A DNA stretch of 64,000 nucleotides from Bacteriovoracia bacterium (GTDB lineage: Bacteria > Bdellovibrionota > Bacteriovoracia > Bacteriovoracales > Bacteriovoracaceae), in assembly GCA_046570105.1 (NCBI GenBank), contig JBKHVI010000001.1:71230-135229 (forward strand), in the 5' to 3' direction. Position 1 is the first letter of the stretch; every line of letters begins with the position of its first letter. The notes under the pieces are model-generated. The model saw nothing but the letters and a program-made list of their open reading frames with translations. It did not search any database and was not told the DNA's origin. Shown here in pieces: positions 47,956-56,051 of this stretch. Made by a program: the position numbers and the translations under genes.

Positions 47956-48618
47956 TTAGGACGCCTCGACTAACTCTACTACTCCGTCTCGTAAAACTTG
48001 AATACGAACTCCTGCGCTCGCAAGTTTTGCGCGAAGATTTGAAAGATGACTATTGAGAGTTTTATCCGACACGTTTATTTCGCCCCAGATTTTTTGAAAG
48101 ATAGTGCTCTTGTGGGTTTTATTTTGAGAACATCGCAAAAGGTGCGCCAAAATTTTAAGTTCCTTCAGAGTAACATCAATCAATTCATCCCCCGAACGAA
48201 CTTCCATCATTTGCAAATCGACTAACAAATTACCGAGACGCAATTTCGTTTTTTTGAAATTCTGGATACAGTTCTCAACTCGTAACTTAAATTCTGCAGG
48301 CCCCATAGATTTAGAAACAAATTCGGCCCCCGTCTCCACCATGGCTTCTTTTAGCGTTTCTGGTGACACATCAAAAGAAACAAAAATGACGGGTACATCT
48401 TTGGTATTTTCAGCATTCATTAATTCTTTTGAAACACTGAAACCGCAGGATTCAACTAAATGAATATCAATCAAATAGGCATCGAGTTTTTTAGATTTAC
48501 AACAATCTATAAACTCTTCTTTAACCGTATAAGTCTCAAGATTGAAATTTGCACCTAACTTAAAAGCTACGACAGCAAAATTTGATTCCTGATCATCGAG
48601 ATATGCAACGTGATACAT
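47956..48618 (-). CDS. OmpR/PhoB-family response regulator
   Basis: The receiver has LDDQE, LIDIHL and a conserved K. The C-terminal winged helix (LKELKILAHLL...VSDKTLNSHLSNLRAKL) is present. Confidence 0.7.
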   Translation of the reverse strand: MYHVAYLDDQESNFAVVAFKLGANFNLETYTVKEEFIDCCKSKKLDAYLIDIHLVESCGFSVSKELMNAENTKDVPVIFVSFDVSPETLKEAMVETGAEFVSKSMGPAEFKLRVENCIQNFKKTKLRLGNLLVDLQMMEVRSGDELIDVTLKELKILAHLLRCSQNKTHKSTIFQKIWGEINVSDKTLNSHLSNLRAKLASAGVRIQVLRDGVVELVEAS

Positions 48619-48648
48619 TAAAGAAAATTCCTAATGAAATAAGCTATC

Positions 48649-48678
48649 TAGGATTTTAACCAAAAATTTTAGGATTTT
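48649..48678. promoter_or_regulatory. two TAGGATTTT direct repeats 21 bp apart, upstream of the OmpR-type regulator gene
   Basis: Seen directly at 48649-48657 and 48670-48678. The direct-repeat geometry fits winged-helix regulator sites. Confidence 0.35.
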
Positions 48679-48714
48679 GAGACAAGATTTCTGGGCAGAG
48701 ACGCCAGGCAGCAA

Positions 48715-49491
48715 TCACTTCTCCCAGAAGAATTGCTCCGTGACCCACAACTTACGCTGCTCCTCAGTAATTATTCGCCCCCAGCGCATCTTTAGAAGAA
48801 CTGCCTTGATTCGAGAACGAGCAAAGCGGGTCAATTTCCTTTTCTGAAACGACACATAATAGCGCTTGGGTGACGGCAGCAACATGGCCAAAAACGCAGC
48901 CTCTCTTGGATTAAGTGCAGAAGGATGTTTTTTGAAATAGTGATAACTGGCATTTCGAATTCCATAAATTTTTGGACCAAATTCAACAATGTTAAAATAC
49001 GTTTCTAAGATTTTTTTCTTAGGAACAGTCTTCTCCATTTTTTGAGTCAAAATCATTTCATGAATTTTTCGAATAATACTTCGACTTGAAGAAAGAAAAA
49101 CATTTTTCACAACTTGTTGAGAAATTGTGCTGGCGCCTCTTACAAGTCGACGTTCCTTCACACTCTCATTAATCGCTTTTTTTAGTTCGTCGTAATCGAC
49201 TCCCTGATGGTCGTAGAATCCCCAATCCTCAGATAATATGATGGCCCATTTTCCGTAAGAGGAAATTTGATCTAGCCTTACCCAGTATGCAGGGGCCTTA
49301 GGCCGAAATTCATACTCAACTTTCTCATCAATATTTTTTGGAATGATCACATGAGGCCACTCGCTATTCATGCGAGAAACATCGTCAGAAAAATACATAT
49401 AAACAGGCATAACCAAGGCAACAAATAGGAAGAGCCCCAAAGCAATGGGGAGTCTTCTTAACCAAGGTTTTTTACGCTTTTTTCGTGCCAT
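48715..49491 (-). CDS. mtgA: monofunctional biosynthetic peptidoglycan transglycosylase (GT51)
   Basis: It has an N-terminal TM and the motifs ILSEDWGFYDHQGVD, GASTISQQVVKN and RKIHEMILTQKME. Confidence 0.85.
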   Translation of the reverse strand: MARKKRKKPWLRRLPIALGLFLFVALVMPVYMYFSDDVSRMNSEWPHVIIPKNIDEKVEYEFRPKAPAYWVRLDQISSYGKWAIILSEDWGFYDHQGVDYDELKKAINESVKERRLVRGASTISQQVVKNVFLSSSRSIIRKIHEMILTQKMEKTVPKKKILETYFNIVEFGPKIYGIRNASYHYFKKHPSALNPREAAFLAMLLPSPKRYYVSFQKRKLTRFARSRIKAVLLKMRWGRIITEEQRKLWVTEQFFWEK

Positions 49492-49568
49492 AAGGCCTTA
49501 ATTTACAACATTTTAGCCACTTAGGGGAGCACTCAAGACAAATATTCGAAATTCCGAAAAGTTAGGCT

Positions 49569-49988
49569 GTGAAACCTTATGTCGGGCTCCTCTGCGCCCT
49601 AATAGCAGGCTGTCATCAAACTCACCCATTGAAGGGGATAAAGGACATTCGTCCCGGCAGCACTTCTTTGCAGGAAGCCTTATTAATACTCGAAGATCCA
49701 GAGCGGGTGATGAATAACGAAACTCAACCCGGAACACAGATCTTTCATTGGGAAGAGTTCTCTCTACAAATTGACCATAAAATTGTTGAAGCGATCTTTC
49801 GAAATCCAACGGCCAATGAAACCTCATTTCTCTATTGGCGACATGCTTACCGACAAAACCACACTCAATTAAAAAAAATCAAAAATACAAGTCATTGGCA
49901 ATTCACAGTCCCTCAAGCTGGTCTTGCTGTCATCTATGATGAAGAACTTGATCTTGTGACAAAGGTTGTACGTTATGAAGCACCCTAA
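49569..49988 (+). CDS. small lipoprotein, hypothetical
   Basis: It has a GTG start and the lipobox LLCALIAGCH. It overlaps the start of the next ORF. Confidence 0.5.
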   Translation: MKPYVGLLCALIAGCHQTHPLKGIKDIRPGSTSLQEALLILEDPERVMNNETQPGTQIFHWEEFSLQIDHKIVEAIFRNPTANETSFLYWRHAYRQNHTQLKKIKNTSHWQFTVPQAGLAVIYDEELDLVTKVVRYEAP

Positions 49989-52338
49989 TCAGTGGCTGAG
50001 ACTCGCAACCGTTTTATGGAAGTTTAATTGGAGAAAAAATCCAAACTTAAAATTCATAACTTTCTTTGCTGCTGCCATATTGTTGTTCAGTGCTCTCAAG
50101 CATTTTGATCACCCATCTTCCAAAAAAACGTCGTGGCATACCACTTATTGGCAATTACCACATATAGATTCTGCTCGAATGCCTGCTTCAGGAGAAGAGT
50201 GTTCACCAAATACTCCCAAGCTAGATGATCTTCAAAGAGAAAATAAAAAGCTAAATCATCTTAAGAGCCATTCTATAAAAGGTTTTTGGCTGCATTTTAA
50301 TTTAGCAAAATTAAGTTTTGCTGAGGCACGCTTTCTTTCATTTTTCCCTGCTGCTCCTCTCCTTCCAGTAGCGCAACAACTCAAGACTTGCGTCGACATC
50401 CCTTGTCTCTTTAATCAGCTATCGCAAGATCAAAGTGGTGAATACGGAGAGCTGGCATGGAACTTCTATCTTAAAACAGGCATCGCACTTCAATGGAAAG
50501 ACGGCGAAAACTCATTTAATAAAAATGAACTGCAACTTCTGTGGCAACTAGCTTCGCAACTACCCACTTCATTCTTGCATCAAACAAAATTAAGACAGCT
50601 GAGTAAGTCTCCGCTGCGCGAAGGGGTTTGCTTCAATACGCACAACTCTGTGGTCGAATTATCGACTCAGTGTTTAACTCTTGAATCAACGGCAGTAGAG
50701 ACAAAGAAGATTATTGTCGCTGGCATGGCCGATGCTCTTTATTCTCAACTAAAAATGCCTGAACAATCTCAGTTCTCTTGGCAAAAGAATACTTGGAAAG
50801 AATTGACTCAAGATCGAAAGGCTTTTGCTCAACAAGTAGCTCAGTATATCGTTCAATTTGAAGCCGCTCCGGAATTGCATTCCTACTTTAAAGAAACACT
50901 TTTTAAACGTGATTGGTCTCTCGCCGGAGAGATGCATCGAATGTTCAAAAAAGATCAGTGGCTTTGGCGAGACATAAAAAATCGTCATCTTAACGACTGC
51001 CTAGATTTACACAAGTCCGCTCTGTTTGAAAAAAAATCACCAAGAGGCATTGCCTCATTATCAGAGCCACATCCAATAGCTGTTTGCTTGAGAGAAACTG
51101 CGCAACAAGATTTTTTAAAAAACAGACGCCAATGGTTAAGCCAAGAGAATCCACGTCACTGTGAGTGGCTAAGTTCTTTGCCTTCGGGAGCTGTACCAGT
51201 CGATGAATACATCCATCATTGGGAAAAATTACTGACGAGAGATATAGATCAACTTGAATGGCGCTTGAGAGCAGAAGGGCCTTCGTGGCTGGCACAGCAT
51301 ATCAAAAAAGAAGTTGTACTCGCAAAAATGGATCCCACTTGGGTTTATTTTCAATGTCATGCTTCACAAAATCCCAAGGGATGTTACGAGCAAGGACTCA
51401 CTAATCTTGTGCGAGAGCAGGAGCGTGGCCCTGCTTCAGAAAAAGAAGAATGGCTTAACGACTATCCATTTGAATCACTCGAAGAAAGAGTGAACGAGGA
51501 TGTAGGTATAAAGCGTCAGTGGTTTTTAAGTCACATTGAAGAGGACGCAGAAAAGGCTTGGAGTCATTGTTGGCGGCAAGGGCCAAATGAGATGGTACTT
51601 TTAAAATCATCTCCACAATGGATTAGCTCAGGCGCTGAATATGTCGATGGGAAATTCGCTACTTGCTTGGAAAATGCTTCCGCAAGACTTGTGAGTCAGA
51701 TTATTAAAGATAATTCACCCGAGTCGCTATTTTGGCTAAAAGAGCTCAAATCACCACTAAAAGACTGGTGGAAAAAGAAAATTCAAACCGAAGCAAATAA
51801 AGAACGCTCATGGCTTCTGCAGCAATCTGAACTAATTAAATCTAATCTTTCACAAGACTTGCTAAGTCAGTTGAAAGGTCACCAGAATTTTAGCGTCAAC
51901 GCTCAATGCTTAAATCGCTTATCTTATCATTATCCTACTCGCATGTACTTCCACGAGCGTCGACAACTCAATCAAAATTTTGGTGTGCGACTTTGTAAAG
52001 AAGTACTCGCAACGGTTTCTATGAAGAAAGCGGTTGGCTCTTATAAAAAAATGCGATGGAACAACTTCGGAAGCGAATTAACCACACAGTTGCTTACTCG
52101 CTGGGAAGATCGTACGCGACGTTTTTGTTTTGGTCGAATTCCTGCACAAGAGATAAGAGATCTCATCGAGACGGAAAAGATGAAAGGATGCATGAGAGAG
52201 CAATTCGATCTCTCTAGGCCGGAAGCCTCAACAGAAGTCACACAAAAGTTTTCGCTACCAGAGGACAGTCTTGATGAATTCAAAGACGAAGTCATCACCA
52301 TAGCTGAAGCCTCACTTTTAGACCAATTACAGAAATGA
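49975..52338 (+). CDS. large hypothetical protein (about 787 aa) with N-terminal TM anchor
   Basis: The long ORF has coding-like composition, and FITFFAAAILLFSAL looks like a TM segment. I recognised no family. Its stop overlaps the rlmC-like start. Confidence 0.55.
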   Translation: MKHPNQWLRLATVLWKFNWRKNPNLKFITFFAAAILLFSALKHFDHPSSKKTSWHTTYWQLPHIDSARMPASGEECSPNTPKLDDLQRENKKLNHLKSHSIKGFWLHFNLAKLSFAEARFLSFFPAAPLLPVAQQLKTCVDIPCLFNQLSQDQSGEYGELAWNFYLKTGIALQWKDGENSFNKNELQLLWQLASQLPTSFLHQTKLRQLSKSPLREGVCFNTHNSVVELSTQCLTLESTAVETKKIIVAGMADALYSQLKMPEQSQFSWQKNTWKELTQDRKAFAQQVAQYIVQFEAAPELHSYFKETLFKRDWSLAGEMHRMFKKDQWLWRDIKNRHLNDCLDLHKSALFEKKSPRGIASLSEPHPIAVCLRETAQQDFLKNRRQWLSQENPRHCEWLSSLPSGAVPVDEYIHHWEKLLTRDIDQLEWRLRAEGPSWLAQHIKKEVVLAKMDPTWVYFQCHASQNPKGCYEQGLTNLVREQERGPASEKEEWLNDYPFESLEERVNEDVGIKRQWFLSHIEEDAEKAWSHCWRQGPNEMVLLKSSPQWISSGAEYVDGKFATCLENASARLVSQIIKDNSPESLFWLKELKSPLKDWWKKKIQTEANKERSWLLQQSELIKSNLSQDLLSQLKGHQNFSVNAQCLNRLSYHYPTRMYFHERRQLNQNFGVRLCKEVLATVSMKKAVGSYKKMRWNNFGSELTTQLLTRWEDRTRRFCFGRIPAQEIRDLIETEKMKGCMREQFDLSRPEASTEVTQKFSLPEDSLDEFKDEVITIAEASLLDQLQK

Positions 52339-53444
52339 GTGGCTGCACCTATTTTGATAAAAACTTATGCCGCTCATGCTCTGAAATGGATAAAGATCCA
52401 ACAGAGTTGCTTACTCAAAAAAATATCCTGCTCCAGAATATTTTCAATATCGAGCCTGAAATTTCATCACAAGGTTCTCTTTGGGGATTTCGTGACAAAA
52501 TCAAGCTCAATGTTGGGGGAACACTTGAGGCTCCCCTTATTGGACTTCTTTCAGTTGATCTAAAAAATGTAGCAGAACTTCCTCTTTGCCCTGTTCAAGC
52601 AACAACCTTGAATGAATCAATCGCTCCATTAAAAGATTTCATTACACGCTGGAAACTCACACCTTACGATATCAATTCACGCAAGGGCGAACTCAAAGGA
52701 TTAATCCTTAGCTGGTCCCCCACGACAAAACAGAAAATGATTCGCTTTGTATTACGCTCGAAAGAAGCGCTCGATCGAATTCGACTCGGACTTTCGGAGT
52801 TAGGTGAGTTCAATGTCGTTTCAGTTAACATTCAACCCATTCCTCATGCTCTCCTTGAGGGTGAAGAAGAAATTGTGCTCTCAACGGCTCAAACTCTTAT
52901 TCATCAGAGTGGCGACATTCGTTTATCTTTTTCTCCGCAAAGTTTTATGCAAACTAATTCTGCTGTCGCCACACAACTTTATCAAACTGCCACAGAATGG
53001 CTTTCACCGTGGAAGAACAATCCCGTGCTTGATTTGTTCTGTGGAGCTGGTGGCTTTGCTCTACATCTCGCGAGCAAGGGACATCATGTTTTAGGTATTG
53101 AAATTAATGCTTCGGCGATCAAAGAGGCTCAACGCATGGCCCATGAACTGAAACTATCAGCGCAATTTAAAGCGGCCGCAGTTGCAAGAATTGAGCACGA
53201 ATGGACCACATTTGTTCCTCAAGTTGTCCTCGTGAATCCGCCCCGTCGCGGCTTGGGAGAGGCCCTTGACCTCGTTATGCGCCAACGGCCGGCCATTCTC
53301 CTCTACTCCAGTTGTTCATATGAGAGCCTGGCTGCAGATTTTTCGATATTAAAAACTCATTATGACGCAATTCGCACAAAAATCTTCGACATGTTCCCTT
53401 TCACTAATCATTTTGAGAGCTTAACCCTGCTGGTCCGACGATAG
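52335..53444 (+). CDS. rlmC: 23S rRNA (uracil-5-)-methyltransferase, RlmC/RumB-like (TrmA family)
   Basis: The N-terminal Cys cluster is CTYFDKNLCRSC. GFRDKIKLNV, the SAM motif DLFCGAGGFALHLA and a C-terminal catalytic Cys region (YSSCS) are present. Confidence 0.7.
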   Translation: MSGCTYFDKNLCRSCSEMDKDPTELLTQKNILLQNIFNIEPEISSQGSLWGFRDKIKLNVGGTLEAPLIGLLSVDLKNVAELPLCPVQATTLNESIAPLKDFITRWKLTPYDINSRKGELKGLILSWSPTTKQKMIRFVLRSKEALDRIRLGLSELGEFNVVSVNIQPIPHALLEGEEEIVLSTAQTLIHQSGDIRLSFSPQSFMQTNSAVATQLYQTATEWLSPWKNNPVLDLFCGAGGFALHLASKGHHVLGIEINASAIKEAQRMAHELKLSAQFKAAAVARIEHEWTTFVPQVVLVNPPRRGLGEALDLVMRQRPAILLYSSCSYESLAADFSILKTHYDAIRTKIFDMFPFTNHFESLTLLVRR

Positions 53445-53506
53445 GGACTACATAGGGGCGCAAATACCATAAATTTTATTTTGAGTGGTCCGATGAGATT
53501 TATCAT

Positions 53507-53530
53507 TATTGTTTGATATATCAAACAATA
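53507..53530. promoter_or_regulatory. 24-bp perfect palindrome TATTGTTTGATATATCAAACAATA (candidate operator)
   Basis: I verified it base by base. It lies just downstream of TTGAGT (53481)...CATTAT (53504) promoter-like hexamers and 30 nt upstream of the small-ORF ATG. Confidence 0.5.
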
Positions 53531-53560
53531 GTATCATATCATCAACACAGGAGGGCTTTC

Positions 53561-53749
53561 ATGATGATCCACCATTCAATCCAACTTCTCAGAGAACTCC
53601 ATGAACTCGAAAACGAGATCAAACTTTGGGAGGATCTTACTCGTCGAATGGGTCTTGAGATTGACTCAAGGGCCATTTTGCACCTCTTACTCTCCAATAA
53701 AATGAAAAATAATCACACGACTTTGACGGACACTAAGATAGTTTCCTAG
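53561..53749 (+). CDS. 62-aa hypothetical small protein
   Basis: The ATGATG start has AGGAGG 7 nt upstream. The protein is helical and charged (LRELHELENEIKLWEDLTRRMG). The palindrome lies upstream. Confidence 0.4.
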   Translation: MMIHHSIQLLRELHELENEIKLWEDLTRRMGLEIDSRAILHLLLSNKMKNNHTTLTDTKIVS

Positions 53750-53784
53750 GATGCCATGTGTATCTATCAATTATGGAGGACTTC

Positions 53785-54192
53785 ATGAAAGCACTTCTCG
53801 CTTCTTTGCTCCTTGTTGCTGTTGCCCTACCGGCCATGGCCCAAGTAGTGATTCGTCGCCCGATTCCAATCCCACCACACTATCCATACCCAGGTGACCC
53901 TTGGCGTGATCCTTGGCGCCAACCTATGCCACCACAAGACTTCTGCTACGGTGATCGTTTTGATCGCGTTTCCGAACTCACTCGTGAAGCAGCTATCGTT
54001 CGTCTAGACCGCTTTGAAGTAGAAAAAGCTGTTGAGTGCTCACTCACTTCTTCTGGCCTTGATACTGCTTCTGGCAAATGTTACGAAGCTAACGGCGACT
54101 TGTTCGCTCGCTTGAACATGTCATTTGTTGTGAACTGCAATACACGCAGTGGTTCTTCAAGACTCCGCAAAACAACGATTAAGTACTACTAG
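53785..54192 (+). CDS. secreted Pro/Trp-rich, four-Cys small protein, hypothetical
   Basis: GGAGGA lies upstream of ATG 53785. The signal peptide is MKALLASLLLVAVALPAMA. The mature N-terminus is RRPIPIPPHYPYPGDPWRDPWRQPMPP. Confidence 0.55.
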   Translation: MKALLASLLLVAVALPAMAQVVIRRPIPIPPHYPYPGDPWRDPWRQPMPPQDFCYGDRFDRVSELTREAAIVRLDRFEVEKAVECSLTSSGLDTASGKCYEANGDLFARLNMSFVVNCNTRSGSSRLRKTTIKYY

Positions 54193-54221
54193 TACAAGTC
54201 TTAATTGTTGCTCCTTGTTTC

Positions 54222-54255
54222 GGCCAAAAGGTGTCACTCACCTTTTGGCCTTTTT
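54222..54255 (+). terminator. rho-independent terminator, also REP-like element copy 2
   Basis: GGCCAAAAGGTG-TCACT-CACCTTTTGGCC (12-bp stem) is followed by T5. The core is identical to 3837-3860. Confidence 0.7.
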
Positions 54256-54860
54256 AATGTCTCGAACAGTTTAATTTTCTTTTTATTAATATCAAACTGC
54301 CAACGTCTCAGCCCCTTGCGAATAATCGCTTCACCTTCATTTTCAATTCTCTCATTCAGCCACAGCAACTCGGCTGCCTCTCCACCTAACTCCATATTCA
54401 CTCGACTATGTAATGGAAACGGCACTCGCGAAGTGAGTGTTGAATAAGGATAGAATTCCACTCTTTCAACCATCCGCGCACGTAATGGATTTTGGTAAAT
54501 ATAGCGATAGACTTGATAATAATAAGCCTGATTCTCAATCAAGCTCCATTTATAGCGTCCTCCCCACAAATGATTTGTTCCATCAGCCTTTCTCATAATT
54601 TTCACGGCCGTATTTCGCATCAATAGATGCATCACCTGATCTAGATTACATCGCGGCGTTTGAACCAACAGATGGAAGTGATTATCCATCAAGACAAATG
54701 CATGAATACAAATCCCAAAGCGCTCTTGAACATTTTTAAGTTCATCGACAAAAATTTTCCAAACCTCGTTCATCTCAATCGGATAGAACTGCTTGTCATT
54801 CGTTCGAGCTGTTACGTGGTAGGTATGAATATCACTGCGAATCAAAGCATTTCTCGGCAT
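54234..54860 (-). CDS. Y1 HUH transposase-like protein (IS200-like/REP-associated tyrosine transposase family)
   Basis: The HUH motif is DNHFHLLVQT and the catalytic Tyr context is YRYIYQNPLRARMV. The 208-aa gene has no tnpB partner, and its last codons lie inside the REP-like hairpin. Confidence 0.8.
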   Translation of the reverse strand: MPRNALIRSDIHTYHVTARTNDKQFYPIEMNEVWKIFVDELKNVQERFGICIHAFVLMDNHFHLLVQTPRCNLDQVMHLLMRNTAVKIMRKADGTNHLWGGRYKWSLIENQAYYYQVYRYIYQNPLRARMVERVEFYPYSTLTSRVPFPLHSRVNMELGGEAAELLWLNERIENEGEAIIRKGLRRWQFDINKKKIKLFETLKRPKGE

Positions 54861-54928
54861 AATTACTCCTTGTAACCCGTTACCTCTTGGCGCTTTTTTG
54901 CAGCACCAAGCGGTGTTAAAATTAAAAC

Positions 54929-55129
54929 GGGAAGGAGTAAGCCTGAGGGATTCCCCCCAGACCTAGGTGCTTGTGACACCAAGAGGTTCACAGAGAACGT
55001 GGAACTGACAAAACATGGAGCGTGAGCATGCCCCTTCCCGCCTCTCTTGTTGCAAAAAGACGGGAAATTTTCCGAACACTAACTATTGAATTTTCAACAG
55101 GAGTCGTCTCACTGCGTGAGAGATTTTTT
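54929..55129 (+). ncRNA. candidate structured sRNA, copy A (~201 nt)
   Basis: The extended -10-like TGTTAAAAT (54914-54922) lies 6 nt upstream of GGGAAGG. The closing stem pairs GGGAAGGAG with CCCCTTCCC (55031-55039). The terminator-like TCTCAC-TGC-GTGAGA is followed by T6 ending at 55129. Confidence 0.4.
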
Positions 55130-55205
55130 CCACTCACATGTCCGTTTTTTACCCGCGACTTGTTGGAGATGGATGAGACTTACTTCGAGTGATAAAATTA
55201 AAAAA

Positions 55206-55406
55206 GGGAAGAGGTAAGCCTTGAGAGATTCCTCTCAAGACCCAGGTGTGAGCACACCAAGAGGTTTAAAAAGAACATTGAACTGGCAGAGCGGTGAACT
55301 TGAGCTACCTCTTCCCGCCTCTCTTGGTGCAAAGAGACGGGAAAATTTCTACGACTCAACTATTCAAAAAAATTCATCCATCACTTCACTGCGTGAGAGA
55401 TTTTTT
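55206..55406 (+). ncRNA. candidate structured sRNA, copy B (~201 nt)
   Basis: TGATAAAAT (55190-55198) lies upstream. An 11-bp closing stem pairs GGGAAGAGGTA (55206-55216) with TACCTCTTCCC (55306-55316). The perfect hairpin CTTGAGAG-ATTC-CTCTCAAG is present. The T6 run is at 55401-55406. Confidence 0.4.
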
Positions 55407-55480
55407 CCAATCACTTGTCCGATTTTTACCCGCGACTTGTTGGCGATAGATGAGAGTTCAATCAAGTGATAAAATAAAAA

Positions 55481-55681
55481 GGGAAGGAGTGGGCCTGAAT
55501 TATTTAATTCAACCCCAGGGTGCTGTCACACCCAAGGGGTTCACCTGAACTTGGAGCTGGATGAACGTGGAGCGTGGACCTGCCCCTTCCCGCCTCTCTT
55601 GGTGCAAAGAGACGGGAAAATTTCTACGACTCAACTATTCAAAAAAATTCATCCATCACTTCACTGCGTGAGAGATTTTTT
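55481..55681 (+). ncRNA. candidate structured sRNA, copy C (~201 nt)
   Basis: TGATAAAAT (55467-55475) lies upstream. The closing stem pairs GGGAAGGAG with CCCCTTCCC (55583-55591). The hairpins are TGAATTA..TAATTCA and GGGTG-CTGTCA-CACCC. The T6 run is at 55676-55681. Confidence 0.4.
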
Positions 55682-55800
55682 CCACTCACATGTCCGATTT
55701 TTACCCGCGACCTGTTGGAGATTGATGAGAGCTGGAAGAAAATAATTGGCACTAATTCAATAAAGAACTTTCTCGTATCTCACACACATAAAAACTAAAA

Positions 55801-55997
55801 AGCCGAACGTAATTGATGTAACTACGTCCGGCTCTTCTATGACGTCCAATGAAGGACGCCTTTACCAAAAGGAAATTCATGGAAGAGTTAGCGCGGGTTC
55901 TGATCCTCGTTATCTTGACGATACAGCTTGCTGTATTGCTCAAGATAATTTGATCGGATTTAGAGGGAGGGGAAAGCAGCCTCTCCCTCACCGTTTT
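55801..55997 (+). ncRNA. candidate highly structured RNA unrelated to the three repeats (~200 nt)
   Basis: The first hairpin pairs AGCCGAACGTA with TACGTCCGGCT. A long-range stem pairs CTCTTCTATG (55832-41) with CATGGAAGAG (55878-87). A 9-bp stem pairs TTATCTTGA (55910-18) with TCAAGATAA (55940-48). The 10-bp terminator-like stem GAGGGAGGGG/CCTCTCCCTC (55963-55989) precedes TTTT. Confidence 0.3.
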
Positions 55998-56051
55998 AAC
56001 TTCCAATCCTCAAATTCAGCATAGCTCTATTTGAATAAGCGAATCAAACTT

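Larger units (their letters stand above)
54912..55731 (+). repeat. three head-to-tail ~276-bp repeat units (unit cores start at 54929, 55206 and 55481)
   Basis: Aligned by eye. The 3' halves are nearly identical between copies, and the 5' halves are divergent but keep the same hairpin architecture. Confidence 0.85.

Noticed and set aside
54912-55731. Whether the repeat array could be a CRISPR array.
   Set aside because: The units are ~276 bp long and contiguous, with no short repeat/spacer alternation. No cas genes are in the window.
55221-55798. ORFs 55221..55469 (82 aa), 55551..55745 and 55574..55798 inside the tandem repeats, which share a ...LPLPASLGAKRRENFYDSTIQKNSSITSLRERFFP... peptide.
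   Set aside because: They use TTG/GTG starts without an SD. The shared peptide simply reflects near-identical DNA. The divergent 5' parts change with compensatory base pairing rather than codon-wise. Copy A has no equivalent open frame.
55971-55981. A GGAAAGCAGCC string reminiscent of the SRP RNA domain IV motif GGAAGCAGCC.
   Set aside because: The 5' side of the helix lacks the conserved SRP asymmetric and symmetric loop sequences. The context folds as a simple terminator hairpin.
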